From the IMG/VR virus record IMGVR_UViG_3300017989_004886: a DNA stretch of 64,000 bases; one strand, 5' to 3'. This DNA comes from a virus. The number at the start of each line of letters is the position of its first letter. The first letter of the stretch is position 1. Under the pieces are notes generated by a model. That model was not told where the DNA came from. It worked only from the letters and a program-made list of their open reading frames with translations, and searched no databases. A program made the translations under genes and the position numbers. Shown here one piece after another: positions 11,001-21,286 of the stretch.

Positions 11001-11028
11001 TTACTTGACTTCCATAATCGAGAGCCAT
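8020..11028 (-). CDS. Large baseplate/fibre-attachment protein
   Basis: VSRTL..KGKPPLDSEL N-terminus and DP.VG.ET motif shared with 5743-8004. Confidence 0.65.
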   Translation of the reverse strand: MALDYGSQVSRTLQPDDRNFLDVVWDKGKPPLDSELTLMSDIRDVQSRRANIKLQSGVLNFRLSGFDELYKGTTDIVFPSAFLGENEFIIQNFRAIVNGWVLDLIDSSVEGGNFTTDGWISVEMPTPPAAGQRQDLIFLEVYRVLIRPNSTVNKPAVDKIYKYGNTQYRGTQLTDDMEDPSVGVETTQRVQLQFRLRTVSGVNFTNYPEGVDDPTVKARGPNTGDTSYTYTNQGSTSNDHGLFRAGNGDSTSRSVLGTVDGYIYAIPVLGVHRRNSTAYNVHTNPNGSGVSVGDSTKSDRPDGMFNDEINEKDIIDLRHLVLDCECSLSEMVNLNFDQLLRGQNQNSWGNDYVGAQKGTKLLQVDGISAVDQPGIYDFAAPDGFRRMFTDKTITQTIPFSFLENADSTFTNAYITFAYQTVLKNITITSIAPNTIPGTGVVLVWRSTGNTVATLGWHVVSNYQIWATIDVADPNYIAGGRIDAVFYLIWTHVVGNQGDGFRHVPNHLYYTFNANIAQNERMGFSYIELEKRTVGLFETTLSAFPSIGGNQDYIEDINPAANQTSYFSTQKGALRVYNGFMQGNGTATYNFPSTLAGFAITGFYRFWNYTDPLNPVQIHPSSVTRAVGSYTVIFGQVFTTNQVIKYEATLRIKSLTIERHAKGIVESYAAATESMAGTGASNYTVTSSSGEIIHKMGVYEDLLGEKNYAYVNGLRRQITVNYGEGTGAVSVAFPVAPGAADTIIFEFVSTYTPTASDRLQIYYEYDPYQGLGLDIDEAVIKQISQKGIMHSIGTGGNSWVSLPFPLSSQVGYTDIEISSISAKLPLNGNYYDADLDMTAVAVVDSAMPTGLRRLDLYESIKQASVIYSRPTTGAPPLSSTYTAYTHTYEGLKLRVTTPSGSYSVPVPQRGLSDALTVDKGTGVIDPYFFQYSNPTPDAPYPAVVQYVHWFIISLPPENELYLFILTDTKTGGTIGSAYSDYSITGLTAYDVFRLRYRPLLSRR

Positions 11029-11040
11029 TTTTTACCTCTT

Positions 11041-11241
11041 TTAATAAGCTGTTACATTTACTCCAGTTAAAAGATAATTTACTTTATAATCAAGCAAATA
11101 TCCAGATGAATTTCGCCAATTAGATCCAGTAGTTTTATTATAAAAATCTCTCATATCAGCCCCAGAAACTATAGCATCTATCTGAGTTTGGGGCCAACCA
11201 CCTTGAGTTCCACTTGCTGTACCATCTTGTGGTAAATTCAT
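11041..11241 (-). CDS. Small hypothetical protein
   Basis: GGAGG RBS; tightly packed in operon. Confidence 0.55.
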   Translation of the reverse strand: MNLPQDGTASGTQGGWPQTQIDAIVSGADMRDFYNKTTGSNWRNSSGYLLDYKVNYLLTGVNVTAY

Positions 11242-11243
11242 TA

Positions 11244-11483
11244 CTACCTCCAGGTTGATTCAACCATTCGTCTTTGATCAATATGAAAATCTACATAATC
11301 TCGATGAACAGTTAATGAAAGAGCCTTAAGATAAGGAACTTCCACAAAAGAATTATTTTCTTTCTGTAATAGTTTAACATCTCTAGGGTCGAGATTCCCA
11401 TCTCTATCTATCTTAAACAAAATCTTATATTCTTGTGCTTCTCTATTTGTTAATTTGCAGTTCTTAACTTTAAGAGCATTCAT
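11244..11483 (-). CDS. Small hypothetical protein
   Basis: Tightly packed in operon. Confidence 0.5.
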   Translation of the reverse strand: MNALKVKNCKLTNREAQEYKILFKIDRDGNLDPRDVKLLQKENNSFVEVPYLKALSLTVHRDYVDFHIDQRRMVESTWR

Positions 11484-11487
11484 GTGG

Positions 11488-13089
11488 TTATGTCGCTCCT
11501 GTTAATAACTGAGATTGTTCAAGATGTTGTTTACAAATATCTGGTTTATTTTCAAACTTACCATGACAAGTATTGCAGTAACAAATAAGATTATTTAGAT
11601 CATTTGCTTGAATATAACTCATGTTTTCTCCTGGTTTGTAACCAAACTTTCTAAACGGAGTAATATGATGGACTGAAGGATTACAACCTAAATTAGATTT
11701 TGTCTTACCACATCCAGGATTCTGACAAGTGCAATTATCCCTTTCTAAAGCCTTCTGTTGCTGTTTACCCCAATTAGGTCCACGAGAAATAGGTTTCGCT
11801 TCTTCACTCTCTACATAACATTTATGACAATAAAGATAAGTAGCGTACTTGCTTCTATTTTGCATATTTATAAATTGTCCACAATTAAAGCATGCCCTGA
11901 AATACATGTTATAAAGAAAAAGTAGCGGATGTTTTGGGGCTCTAAATTCTTCAAAACATTCAAAACAATACTTATGGTGAATATGTAGAGACTCAACAAG
12001 TGTTTCTTTTCCACAACGGGGACACTGGTCTTTAAAAAATATTTCTCCATTTATTTCAATTTCGAGTTCTTTATGGCGGCTTTCCTTTCCTTTCCTTAAT
12101 CCTTCTTCATAGCGTTCTCTATATTTCTCTTCTGCGCACTTGTCACAATAAGATTTACTTGAACATTTCTGATAGACTAAAATATCATCTCCACAACGTT
12201 TACATTTCCTAATTTTAGGTTCATCTAAAGGTTGCCAATTCTCCAAAGTTAACTTATCGATGATCTCTTGATTTTGCATCGGATTATTTCCATGTTTGAG
12301 AACATCCTGTGCTGTTTCTTTACGAGTTTTAAAAGGAATACCTTCCCTTCTAAAAATTTCGTCTGGAATAAATTTAAACTCTTTGATTAACATCGATTTT
12401 GTCCAGTTCTGTTTAGTATAGAGATCTATAATATAATCAATAAAATCTTGATGTTTTTTATTCACAGCAAAACGGCCTTCTGCTTCTTTATAGAGATGAC
12501 GAACATAACTCGTTTTTCCATTCCAAAAACAATCTTCGACAAAACACTCAATTACTCTATAATTTCTATCACTATCTGTTGGAATAGCAGTAAGTTTTCG
12601 TTTACCAAGATACTTCCAAAAAGTATTTTTATCTAAACCTGGAAACTCCTTTTTAAATTGCTCTATCGTATAATTATGGAGTTTTAAATGGCGGGGTGTT
12701 ATATGTTTTTGTCTTGAATAGATTTCATCATTACATTCATTAAAACACAAAGGACAAACAATGTATTCTCCATAATCCCAACTTTTTTTACATGAATAAC
12801 AATATCCTCGATCCCAAGGATCTTTTGTAAATTCTTTTAATTCATCACATCCTTTGCATGTACGAAAATGTGAATCTTTTTTTGTTTTGCAATTTGAACA
12901 ATAAAAAACTCTACCCCTCGGAGATTTTTCTAAATAATAGATTTCTTTACAAATAGCGCAAGTTCTAGGTTTAAGAGATCTTTGTTTTTTACAGATATCA
13001 CAAACAAAAATTCCAGTCTTTCTCTCTTGGACTTCAAAAACTTGCTCACAGTAATAGCAAATTCTTTTAGTCATGTTGTTATACGCCAA
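11488..13089 (-). CDS. Multi-zinc-finger HNH endonuclease (homing-type)
   Basis: Many CxxC pairs; C-terminal ALERDNCTCQ..C..SVHHITP..N...NL...C..CH. Confidence 0.8.
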   Translation of the reverse strand: MAYNNMTKRICYYCEQVFEVQERKTGIFVCDICKKQRSLKPRTCAICKEIYYLEKSPRGRVFYCSNCKTKKDSHFRTCKGCDELKEFTKDPWDRGYCYSCKKSWDYGEYIVCPLCFNECNDEIYSRQKHITPRHLKLHNYTIEQFKKEFPGLDKNTFWKYLGKRKLTAIPTDSDRNYRVIECFVEDCFWNGKTSYVRHLYKEAEGRFAVNKKHQDFIDYIIDLYTKQNWTKSMLIKEFKFIPDEIFRREGIPFKTRKETAQDVLKHGNNPMQNQEIIDKLTLENWQPLDEPKIRKCKRCGDDILVYQKCSSKSYCDKCAEEKYRERYEEGLRKGKESRHKELEIEINGEIFFKDQCPRCGKETLVESLHIHHKYCFECFEEFRAPKHPLLFLYNMYFRACFNCGQFINMQNRSKYATYLYCHKCYVESEEAKPISRGPNWGKQQQKALERDNCTCQNPGCGKTKSNLGCNPSVHHITPFRKFGYKPGENMSYIQANDLNNLICYCNTCHGKFENKPDICKQHLEQSQLLTGAT

Positions 13090-13679
13090 ACAAGCGTTAA
13101 GGTGCCAGTTGCCGGAACATTTATCACAGAAAATCGCCTAAGATTGAAAAACACATCTGTATTCTTCCCACCATTTGCAAAGGCAACTGGGGTCGAAATC
13201 GCGTCTCCACCTACCAGTCCCATTTCGCGAAGCGCCGCAGGCCCAGCCTCTCCCTGATTAAAAATTGTCACATAATCAACTACATTAGTTGGCGTTGTCG
13301 TAACAGCTCCGGAACCATCTATAAAATTTACCGAAGAGAATGTTTTTCTAGCTATTTCACTAATTAGGCCATGTTCTGCTCCTGTTGGGCTAGGAGGCGG
13401 GTCTGGCCAGGTAGCATCGCCGCTGCCCACAGCCAAAAACTTTATGCCCCAAACTGGATCATTCTTATCTGATAGCAATCTCGCTACTAAAATACTTGCA
13501 TCATTTATAACCAGATTACCAAAATCAAACTTTTCTTCGGACCCATCAATATGTCGCAGAGTAGCCCAGACATGTCCCGTGATTTGTTTAGGTACTCTAT
13601 ATTCCTCATTAAATCTCATTTCAGATCCTCTAAATTGATCTACATTTCTCCTGATTTTATAAGTATCTTCGAATCGCAT
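13071..13679 (-). CDS. Baseplate/tail-collar protein
   Basis: NLVIN..LAVGSGD..L.SEI.RK..EA...LRE.GL motif typical of fibre-anchoring domains. Confidence 0.6.
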   Translation of the reverse strand: MRFEDTYKIRRNVDQFRGSEMRFNEEYRVPKQITGHVWATLRHIDGSEEKFDFGNLVINDASILVARLLSDKNDPVWGIKFLAVGSGDATWPDPPPSPTGAEHGLISEIARKTFSSVNFIDGSGAVTTTPTNVVDYVTIFNQGEAGPAALREMGLVGGDAISTPVAFANGGKNTDVFFNLRRFSVINVPATGTLTLVWRITT

Positions 13680-13710
13680 AACTTTAATTCAGATGTATTA
13701 GTGAACTATT

Positions 13711-15822
13711 TTAAGGTCCTAACAGTAAAACACCTATTGGCCCAACTCTATCACGTTCATTATCATCTTCATTCAGATGACATGCTTGGTCATTACACTC
13801 AAAGCCTTGTAACGAAATACCACAACTTGTATCTGTCATACCGCTATAAGTATCACTTAGGAAATCACCGCTTAAAGAAATATCTAATCTATTGTCACAA
13901 GCAATCGAAAGATAGCCTCCAGTTCCAGAAGTGGTAGTTTCTAAAAACTCCGACATACATGTATATATAGCATATCTAAAACTATTGATAACATTGTAGC
14001 TTACATAATTCAATCTGAAAGGTAAAGCTAAAGAATTAAGTAAATCAGTCAAAGAATTTAAAACATCACTATCTCCTGGAATTATTGAATATTCTATTTG
14101 AGCAGTAATTACATCCATTGTAAGTTTCATTAAAGGCGTATCCGGAGGTAATGTCGTAGTTCCAGATAAAAAATGAATATCTGGAGGCCCTACCCAATCA
14201 GCCCCATATTTGATGATCGGAGATCGACTATCTATAACATTATAATGATTTAATGTACTCCCATTAACATTTAAACGGCTTGTATCATTCAATAGTAATG
14301 AATACTTTATATTATCATTTAAAACTGCCGAATAGGCTAATTCAAAACCTTTATAATCATAGGTAATCTGTATTGGGTCGCATGTAGTAAATGGAGCAGG
14401 ATATAAAACAGTGTTCTGTGGAAGTCTCCCGATCATATCATTATGATAGTCATTTAAAAGAGAACCAAATGTATTTAGGGCCATATGTAAATAAGGTTCT
14501 TCAAAATAGTAATAAGTGACAGTTACTGTAGCACCAGCCAAAGGTGCTACTGTTAACAAAATAACACCAATCTGAGGAAAGATTTGTTGGACAGCTACAG
14601 GGATCCCATTCACCTTAACTGTAAGATCACTTACATCATAAGTCAAATTACCAGATGAATCAGTATAAGGGCCAAATTGAGTATAGAAAGTTCGACTTGG
14701 CGGATAAGCATCTAGAGTATAATTCTTACCTGTAATATCCTCAGCTACAATATGTTTTAATTCTCTAAGATCTTCGCAGCACTTACGGGCATCATCATAG
14801 TCATAATCAAAAAGATCAGATTTTACAACATCACAAATTGCTGTCGGTGTAGTTTTAAGTTGGTTATAAAAACCATCAGCATTAATTGGAGCATCTACTA
14901 TTGTACCCTCAACATAAACAAGATCATTAATATTTAAATCAGAAAAAGTTAAGGTATTACCAATATTATCTCGAAAAGTTGTATTACTATCTGTTACAAC
15001 TCTAACATTATTACCAACTTTTAAAGATGGATCAGTTAAAGAAGTTATTCGATTACGAACTGAATTTTCTATAACACCATCTATTAAAACTAGATCACTG
15101 CCCGCAGTTTTATCTACGACAATTCTGGCAGCTAAAAGATAACCAGTTGAACCTAAAAGAGTAATGCATTTACCTGTTGTGTAATAAGTATCTCTATAAA
15201 TAAGGTGTAATTCATACCAAGTATGGGCAGGTTTAATAATTTTTGCTAAGAAATTTAAACCGCCTTCCAACCCAGCCAAATCAAACGGCCCAATTTCTGG
15301 AACATCTATTTCAAAATACCAACCGAATTGATCTGAAATATCATAAGCAAGACTATCACCATAAGGAGGTATTAATTTAAAGATCTCAACAACACTTATT
15401 GGAACCTCAGTAAATATTTGAGTTCCTGTTTCTATATTTTTAGGGCGGCTTCCACCAAATAGTACGGTTTTTAGAGCAATTAAAAAATTGCGGTACTGTT
15501 CATCAGTATAATTCGGAGGGAAAAACTTTTCTACCTGAGTACCATGTAAAAGGTAACCCAAAACCTGATATAAAAAAGCAGATCGTGTTGTTTCATAATA
15601 AAAGTCATTCTGTATGTCTTCATGGGTAATACGGGCTAAACCAGATTCTTCAGCAATTGCTTTTTGAAAAGTAGCGTAATTTGTAGAAGGTATTGTTGAG
15701 ATATAATTACTTGGGAGTTGACTGAGAAGTTTCTGTAAAACAGTATTAGTTTCATTCCACAATAGAACTCTTCTTTGTTGCCCATCTCTAAAAAATTCGG
15801 CATTAAACTGTAAATTTGACAT
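13711..15822 (-). CDS. Baseplate wedge subunit
   Basis: IIKPAHT motif; follows baseplate J by TAATG coupling. Confidence 0.65.
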   Translation of the reverse strand: MSNLQFNAEFFRDGQQRRVLLWNETNTVLQKLLSQLPSNYISTIPSTNYATFQKAIAEESGLARITHEDIQNDFYYETTRSAFLYQVLGYLLHGTQVEKFFPPNYTDEQYRNFLIALKTVLFGGSRPKNIETGTQIFTEVPISVVEIFKLIPPYGDSLAYDISDQFGWYFEIDVPEIGPFDLAGLEGGLNFLAKIIKPAHTWYELHLIYRDTYYTTGKCITLLGSTGYLLAARIVVDKTAGSDLVLIDGVIENSVRNRITSLTDPSLKVGNNVRVVTDSNTTFRDNIGNTLTFSDLNINDLVYVEGTIVDAPINADGFYNQLKTTPTAICDVVKSDLFDYDYDDARKCCEDLRELKHIVAEDITGKNYTLDAYPPSRTFYTQFGPYTDSSGNLTYDVSDLTVKVNGIPVAVQQIFPQIGVILLTVAPLAGATVTVTYYYFEEPYLHMALNTFGSLLNDYHNDMIGRLPQNTVLYPAPFTTCDPIQITYDYKGFELAYSAVLNDNIKYSLLLNDTSRLNVNGSTLNHYNVIDSRSPIIKYGADWVGPPDIHFLSGTTTLPPDTPLMKLTMDVITAQIEYSIIPGDSDVLNSLTDLLNSLALPFRLNYVSYNVINSFRYAIYTCMSEFLETTTSGTGGYLSIACDNRLDISLSGDFLSDTYSGMTDTSCGISLQGFECNDQACHLNEDDNERDRVGPIGVLLLGP

Positions 15823-18800
15823 TAACTAGACTGCGCTCTCAAAGTCAAGTTTAGTTCACCAAGAGCCAAATATTCAAAGTCAACTGCTTGTATATCATAA
15901 GCACCTGTTTCATTATAAACATAATACGTTACTTTATAAGAGTGGGTACTAGGCAAAGCGCCATCTAAAGTACTCACTAATAAACGACCGTCACCCTTAA
16001 TGAAACCTTGACCCGCAACTCGTCCAACATCAGCCTCTGCATCTACCATAGTTAAAGGTTCATTATCTTCAAATATTTCTACATGTCTAAAAATATAACC
16101 AGGGCCAGTTCCAATTTGCTTTTTTCGCCCCCCTCCATCAATCGTATTATATTGTAGAACATCTACAGACGTAATATAAACATCAACATGATCCAAATAA
16201 TACCACTGCCAAGTGGGTGCTACTTCCTCTCTGAAAACTCTTGAGTCATTTGAACGAACAAGTTTTGTTAAACCAGGAGATAATACAGTATAAATAACAC
16301 CTGATGTATTTGCAATAATCGCTATAATATCTCCTTGGTGCACAGAAAAACCAATAGGCGAATTAGCCATATAACGTGAAATTCTTGTACGTATAGTTTG
16401 ATCTACAGTTACTTCGTCAGCTGAACTATCAATTACTGCTATCGCTTCAATAGTGGTATCATTTTTCTGAGCAGTCTTAACCAAAACATCTGCAGTAACA
16501 TGTTTCATTTCATTAACTTCTTCCTGTACTTCCCCTAATAAAGAATTATGCAGATATTTAACAACAACATTTTCACCACTTTGATAACTGACTTTTACTA
16601 AATCACCACTCCCAATTGAACCACTCGCAAGACGATTAATATAAGATGCTGTTTCATAAGTACCAATAGTAATTGAATAATCTACATCTTTAGTATATGT
16701 AATAGTCTGTGCTTCATTTTTAACAACAATTGTTGATTCTATAATTCCTACCTTTGCTAATTCGACCTCCTGTTCTCCAGATAAAACTAAATCCTCTGTT
16801 GTCGATTGTAAAGAATCGACAGGCTTGCTTCCATATTTAAAAATTTCAATAGAATCTGAGGCTTGTGTTGAATCTCCAAGCAAAAGTGGATCTTCTTCTC
16901 TATAGACATTATAATTATCATTAAGGTCCCCAGAAACTTCCCCTGTTACATCGGTGACCTCAATAATTGGTTGATTATTAAAGATATGTGTGACTACTGG
17001 TACATATTTATATGTAACTTCTATTGTATCTAGACTATCAAGGCCTATAGCAATATTTGCTGGGTTCGTTTCATCTAAATCTATGATTACCCCATCTACA
17101 ATGGAATAACCAGTTAAATCATAATCATTTAAACGAGTAAGATTCCGAACTTTTGTCACTTCAAAAATAGGAGTTTCTACAGTAACTTCTGTATTTAAAA
17201 CTCGAAATTGAAACATTGCAACATTTTCAACAGAAGCTAACTCATCTTGTATTTCCGGATATTGAAAAGCAAATCTTTCGGTTATCTCATTTATTACTTC
17301 ACCTTGAATATAAACATCTACCTTCCCTCCTATATGCTTTAAACGAACTTCATCCCAGTCTCTCTCCATATAAGTATTACCAGCATCTATAACCTGGGAA
17401 CGCACAACATTTGGTACAGCTAAAGCAGTTGCGAGATAACCACCTTTTGTTCCAGTATCAAGAGAAACAAAAGCTAACATTGCACGTGTTGCCAAACTAA
17501 CATTACTCTCTTGATCTGTGCCAAAAGCAAAAGCAAGATCATTTGTTACACCTGCCGGTTCATTTACACCACTCACAATATTCACAATAGTATTCGCTGA
17601 AACATTCCCAGAAGCTCCAGATTCTTGAGCTTCTACCGGAAATGTGACTTCGTAACGATTTGTTCTTGGATTAAAAAATAAGGAAAGAGAAGAAACACGA
17701 ATCCGAGCCTCTGATAAAGCTACAAATAAAATTGCCGGAGTATTTGTTGAAGAATCTGGAGTCGTTGAGAATAATGCTCCTTGATTAACAACAATATCTT
17801 TTGTTGGAGCTGCTGATGATAACGTATAAATAGTTAAAGATCCCCGAGAAGCTGTTGCTTCTTTACGCTCTACATTGAAGTCTCCAGCTAATTTAGTAAA
17901 TGCCTCATCAATTAATTGTTGTGTGGCTTCATCGGTCTCTAAAAACAAAGCTTGTTTTAAAGCTTGTTTTTGGGGAGAATCTTCTACCGGGTCACTAATA
18001 CCGTCACCATCTGCGTCATCAAAAGCAACGAGGGTCAAAAAGCTTTGAGATCTATGAACAAAATCTTGAACAATATAAAGTCTTTCAAATTCTTCAGAAG
18101 GTGGGTCAATCATCACATCTCGGGTGACTGTGCCTGGCTTTAAATCAACATTTGGATTTGTTTCTTGAATTCTAGTAATCTGACTTATGGAAACATCATA
18201 AGAAGTCCTAGGCACTAAATCTTTAATTGAAGTATCAATTAACTGAGGTAATCCACTGACTTCTCCGCTATAAATACTCTCCACTTCTTCATTTAATACT
18301 GGATCAAAACCCACAGCAGTTGCTACAAAATATCTTCTAACACCCGCTTGAAGCGACTCCCCTGTAGTTGGATCTAAAGTCTGGGTAAAAGCATAATAGA
18401 TCCGAGTTTGTATCTGATATGTATCTATAACCTTTTTAATAGTCCCAGCCTGTTCTATCTCTTCAGTTAATAGAGTTTCTATCTCTTCCGATTTATATGG
18501 ATTTGAAATATAATCCACATTTAAACGTGTATAACCAGTAACGCCTCCTCCTGGATCAGTACTTCCATAAAGATTATAACCCACGACTTGAGGCTCAGGA
18601 TTCTTAACCCAAGAGGCTGTAACTGAATCTTTCTTAGATTCAGTTGAAATACCAGTTGGAGCAGTAACAACCAAAGAAAGCTCATCGTCACCTAAAAGAG
18701 TAATTGTTATAGTATCTGGTAGACTTTCTTCCATAGAGACATTTAAAGCAGTAACAGAAAAGGTATTCTCTCCTGATTCTAAAGTTCTATCAGGGAATGA

Positions 18801-18968
18801 CCAAACAGTATCTCCAGGAGTATAATCAACCCCAACAGGACTTCCATTTACTCTAATTTCATGAGTAGAAGCGTCACAGGTCCCAGAAACTGATTGCTGG
18901 GCAATATTCGTCGAAAAATTTATGCCACTATTCGGTAACGTAATTACAGGAGCAGGCGGAGCAGCCAT
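15822..18968 (-). CDS. Baseplate J/gp6-like wedge protein
   Basis: VEAQESGASGNV, GTDQES..L..R, GT..GY, GGKVDVYI motifs. Confidence 0.85.
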   Translation of the reverse strand: MAAPPAPVITLPNSGINFSTNIAQQSVSGTCDASTHEIRVNGSPVGVDYTPGDTVWSFPDRTLESGENTFSVTALNVSMEESLPDTITITLLGDDELSLVVTAPTGISTESKKDSVTASWVKNPEPQVVGYNLYGSTDPGGGVTGYTRLNVDYISNPYKSEEIETLLTEEIEQAGTIKKVIDTYQIQTRIYYAFTQTLDPTTGESLQAGVRRYFVATAVGFDPVLNEEVESIYSGEVSGLPQLIDTSIKDLVPRTSYDVSISQITRIQETNPNVDLKPGTVTRDVMIDPPSEEFERLYIVQDFVHRSQSFLTLVAFDDADGDGISDPVEDSPQKQALKQALFLETDEATQQLIDEAFTKLAGDFNVERKEATASRGSLTIYTLSSAAPTKDIVVNQGALFSTTPDSSTNTPAILFVALSEARIRVSSLSLFFNPRTNRYEVTFPVEAQESGASGNVSANTIVNIVSGVNEPAGVTNDLAFAFGTDQESNVSLATRAMLAFVSLDTGTKGGYLATALAVPNVVRSQVIDAGNTYMERDWDEVRLKHIGGKVDVYIQGEVINEITERFAFQYPEIQDELASVENVAMFQFRVLNTEVTVETPIFEVTKVRNLTRLNDYDLTGYSIVDGVIIDLDETNPANIAIGLDSLDTIEVTYKYVPVVTHIFNNQPIIEVTDVTGEVSGDLNDNYNVYREEDPLLLGDSTQASDSIEIFKYGSKPVDSLQSTTEDLVLSGEQEVELAKVGIIESTIVVKNEAQTITYTKDVDYSITIGTYETASYINRLASGSIGSGDLVKVSYQSGENVVVKYLHNSLLGEVQEEVNEMKHVTADVLVKTAQKNDTTIEAIAVIDSSADEVTVDQTIRTRISRYMANSPIGFSVHQGDIIAIIANTSGVIYTVLSPGLTKLVRSNDSRVFREEVAPTWQWYYLDHVDVYITSVDVLQYNTIDGGGRKKQIGTGPGYIFRHVEIFEDNEPLTMVDAEADVGRVAGQGFIKGDGRLLVSTLDGALPSTHSYKVTYYVYNETGAYDIQAVDFEYLALGELNLTLRAQSS

Positions 18969-18978
18969 TTATGCCTCA

Positions 18979-19782
18979 CTATCTAATTTCTTGTGAGGAG
19001 CCAAGATAATTGGAATCACCTGGAACTCCTCGTGGGTCTCCATATAATAAATTTTGGGCGCCTGGAACACTTAACGTTTGTTCTACTTCAGCTGTTTCAC
19101 CAGCCTTATTTACAGCAACAACTTGAACATTAAAAACCGAAGGGTCAATCTTACTTTGTTGTACATTTACCAAAATAACTCTATAAATAAATTCTCGATC
19201 AGTTACTGTTTGTATATTTTGTTGTTGTAATTGGAGATTTTTCAAATTTTCAAGAGTCTCAACAATTTCTTCAGTCATTGTAACTTCAGTAAAACCAGCG
19301 TCAAGTAACTTTGAACCAATCATTTCAATTATGCCTGCACCAATATAAGGATGAAAAGAATTTGAGGATCTTTTCGTAATAACAAATTTACGCATATCTT
19401 GGGTAAGTTTTGCTTCGTCTTTAAGAATAACAATCAAACCCAGAGGATTAAAAAAGAAATCATCCTCAACTCTTAGGCCAGCACACCGTCTACAATTTGA
19501 AGCAGAAGTATTGTAAGAAAATTCAAAAAGATCTCCAGTTGATTTAATCTTATTTCTAAAATAAACCATCCTACCACCATCAATTCTTGCAGGATCTTTA
19601 ACTAAATCATAACCCCACACCAAATTATCTCTAGTAACAACAAAGCCATTAACTCTAAGGGTAACACTTTCGCTAGAGGGTGGTCTCAAAGGTTTCAAAG
19701 ATCGCCTATCTGATTCTAACTCTAAATGTTCCCAATAGACCTTATGTGGACAAACATGAGATAACGAAAAATCAACCGACAA
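18979..19782 (-). CDS. gp25/GPW-like baseplate protein
   Basis: KL.QD..K..IT..SN.FHP..G motif; position next to J. Confidence 0.6.
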   Translation of the reverse strand: MSVDFSLSHVCPHKVYWEHLELESDRRSLKPLRPPSSESVTLRVNGFVVTRDNLVWGYDLVKDPARIDGGRMVYFRNKIKSTGDLFEFSYNTSASNCRRCAGLRVEDDFFFNPLGLIVILKDEAKLTQDMRKFVITKRSSNSFHPYIGAGIIEMIGSKLLDAGFTEVTMTEEIVETLENLKNLQLQQQNIQTVTDREFIYRVILVNVQQSKIDPSVFNVQVVAVNKAGETAEVEQTLSVPGAQNLLYGDPRGVPGDSNYLGSSQEIR

Positions 19783-19784
19783 TT

Positions 19785-20576
19785 TTAACCTCCCGACCTT
19801 CCATAACCTTTAGTCGAAGGTTTACGAACATTAGCGTTATATTTAAGGACACTACTAGTGGTCTCCTGATCAATAACACTTTGTGATTTTGTAGCTAAAC
19901 CAATTTCTGTCTGAGAAGCTACTGCAGGTAACTTTGGAAAGGTTCTAAAGGATTCGGCAGTCTCAAACAGTGATGAATTCTGGTAATTTGGGTTCATAAA
20001 TCTGCCTTCTATTGTCCTAATCCTAGATTCAAGATAAGCACTTGTAGTAGTAACTTGTATAGCCGTCAACAATTGTTTTTCGTATTCTATTTGTTCAATA
20101 GCGTCATTAACCTTTTTTAATTTATATTCTATATATTCTTTACGCCGTTTAATTTGTTCATAAATCCAATGTTTTAAATCTTCAACTAAAATTCCATTTG
20201 ATAAATCGTCTATACCTTGATCAGAAATAACTAGTTTATTAAAAGAAATAGGTTCATCCTGCCATGGACGGTCGCCTCCAACTACTGTAGGTATACTTGC
20301 ACCATATCTGGATTGATTTGGTAATTGCTTAATTAAAGCCTGGGCTGCAGTAGTGCCTTCACTAACAACTGTACTTGAATCTCCGGCATTTCCAGTTAAA
20401 GAAGTACCACCTAAAGCATTATCAGCGAGCATTAATTTTTCTCTTAGAGATTTGAGTCTAGTTTGTAAAGCAGTTAGATGAGTAAGACGATAACTAATAT
20501 CTAATTTCTCTGCTATTATAAAAGATTTAAGAACATTCCACTGAGATCGTGTAAAAGTACCTAGATAATCAAACAT
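19785..20576 (-). CDS. Hypothetical structural protein
   Basis: Coiled-coil character; within baseplate operon. Confidence 0.45.
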   Translation of the reverse strand: MFDYLGTFTRSQWNVLKSFIIAEKLDISYRLTHLTALQTRLKSLREKLMLADNALGGTSLTGNAGDSSTVVSEGTTAAQALIKQLPNQSRYGASIPTVVGGDRPWQDEPISFNKLVISDQGIDDLSNGILVEDLKHWIYEQIKRRKEYIEYKLKKVNDAIEQIEYEKQLLTAIQVTTTSAYLESRIRTIEGRFMNPNYQNSSLFETAESFRTFPKLPAVASQTEIGLATKSQSVIDQETTSSVLKYNANVRKPSTKGYGRSGG

Positions 20577-20587
20577 CTTTTTTATCC

Positions 20588-21286
20588 TTATAATAAAGCA
20601 TGAATATGCCCAGCCCCTACAATCGGAACTATTACAGAATTATCTCTGATTTCCTCTAAAAAAGCCTTGGTCAGTTCAGTAATAAAAGAATTAAACTGAG
20701 ATAAAGGGTCAGACGGATTAAACTTTGTCGATCCCATCTTCGTAGTCATACAGTTACTTATAGATCGAACCAATATGGTAGTATACCCAGCAATCTTAGT
20801 ATCGGAATCAAGTGATTCCCAATGAGTGTTAGTCGGAGGAGCAGGAGGCGGACGATTAAAGTGGTTATGAACAACTCCCCCATCTTGAATATTAGATCTT
20901 AACCACATACTATCAACAAATTTTATAAATTCCTGTGCCCAACACTGTGTTAAAAATAACATTGCTGTTAGAGCAGGAGGCATTGGAGGTATTCCAAATT
21001 CCTCAGAGGCAACAGCAAAACCATAAATAGATGTTTGATAAGCATTTGTAATTGTAATTAAATTAGCCCCTGTAAAGGAGTGGGCATGTAAATAAACTCC
21101 AGGAGGTGGTGGGCCAGTCCCTGGACGCATATCAGCAGATATTGAAGTTACCCAAAGTGGTACAAAAGCCTGACAAGCAGCATCTACTAAAGCATAAGTT
21201 GGGCCTGAAGAACCAATAGAAAAATTACCTGAAGTGTTCAAACTATTAATAACGCGAGTACGCATTGTATTAGGGACTAACGGCAT
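20588..21286 (-). CDS. Hypothetical structural protein
   Basis: Coupled to spike gene; repeated H.H motifs. Confidence 0.45.
   Translation of the reverse strand: MPLVPNTMRTRVINSLNTSGNFSIGSSGPTYALVDAACQAFVPLWVTSISADMRPGTGPPPPGVYLHAHSFTGANLITITNAYQTSIYGFAVASEEFGIPPMPPALTAMLFLTQCWAQEFIKFVDSMWLRSNIQDGGVVHNHFNRPPPAPPTNTHWESLDSDTKIAGYTTILVRSISNCMTTKMGSTKFNPSDPLSQFNSFITELTKAFLEEIRDNSVIVPIVGAGHIHALL

Noticed and set aside
2702-11028. Diversity-generating retroelement acting on fibres
   Set aside because: No reverse transcriptase and no adenine-specific TR/VR pair seen
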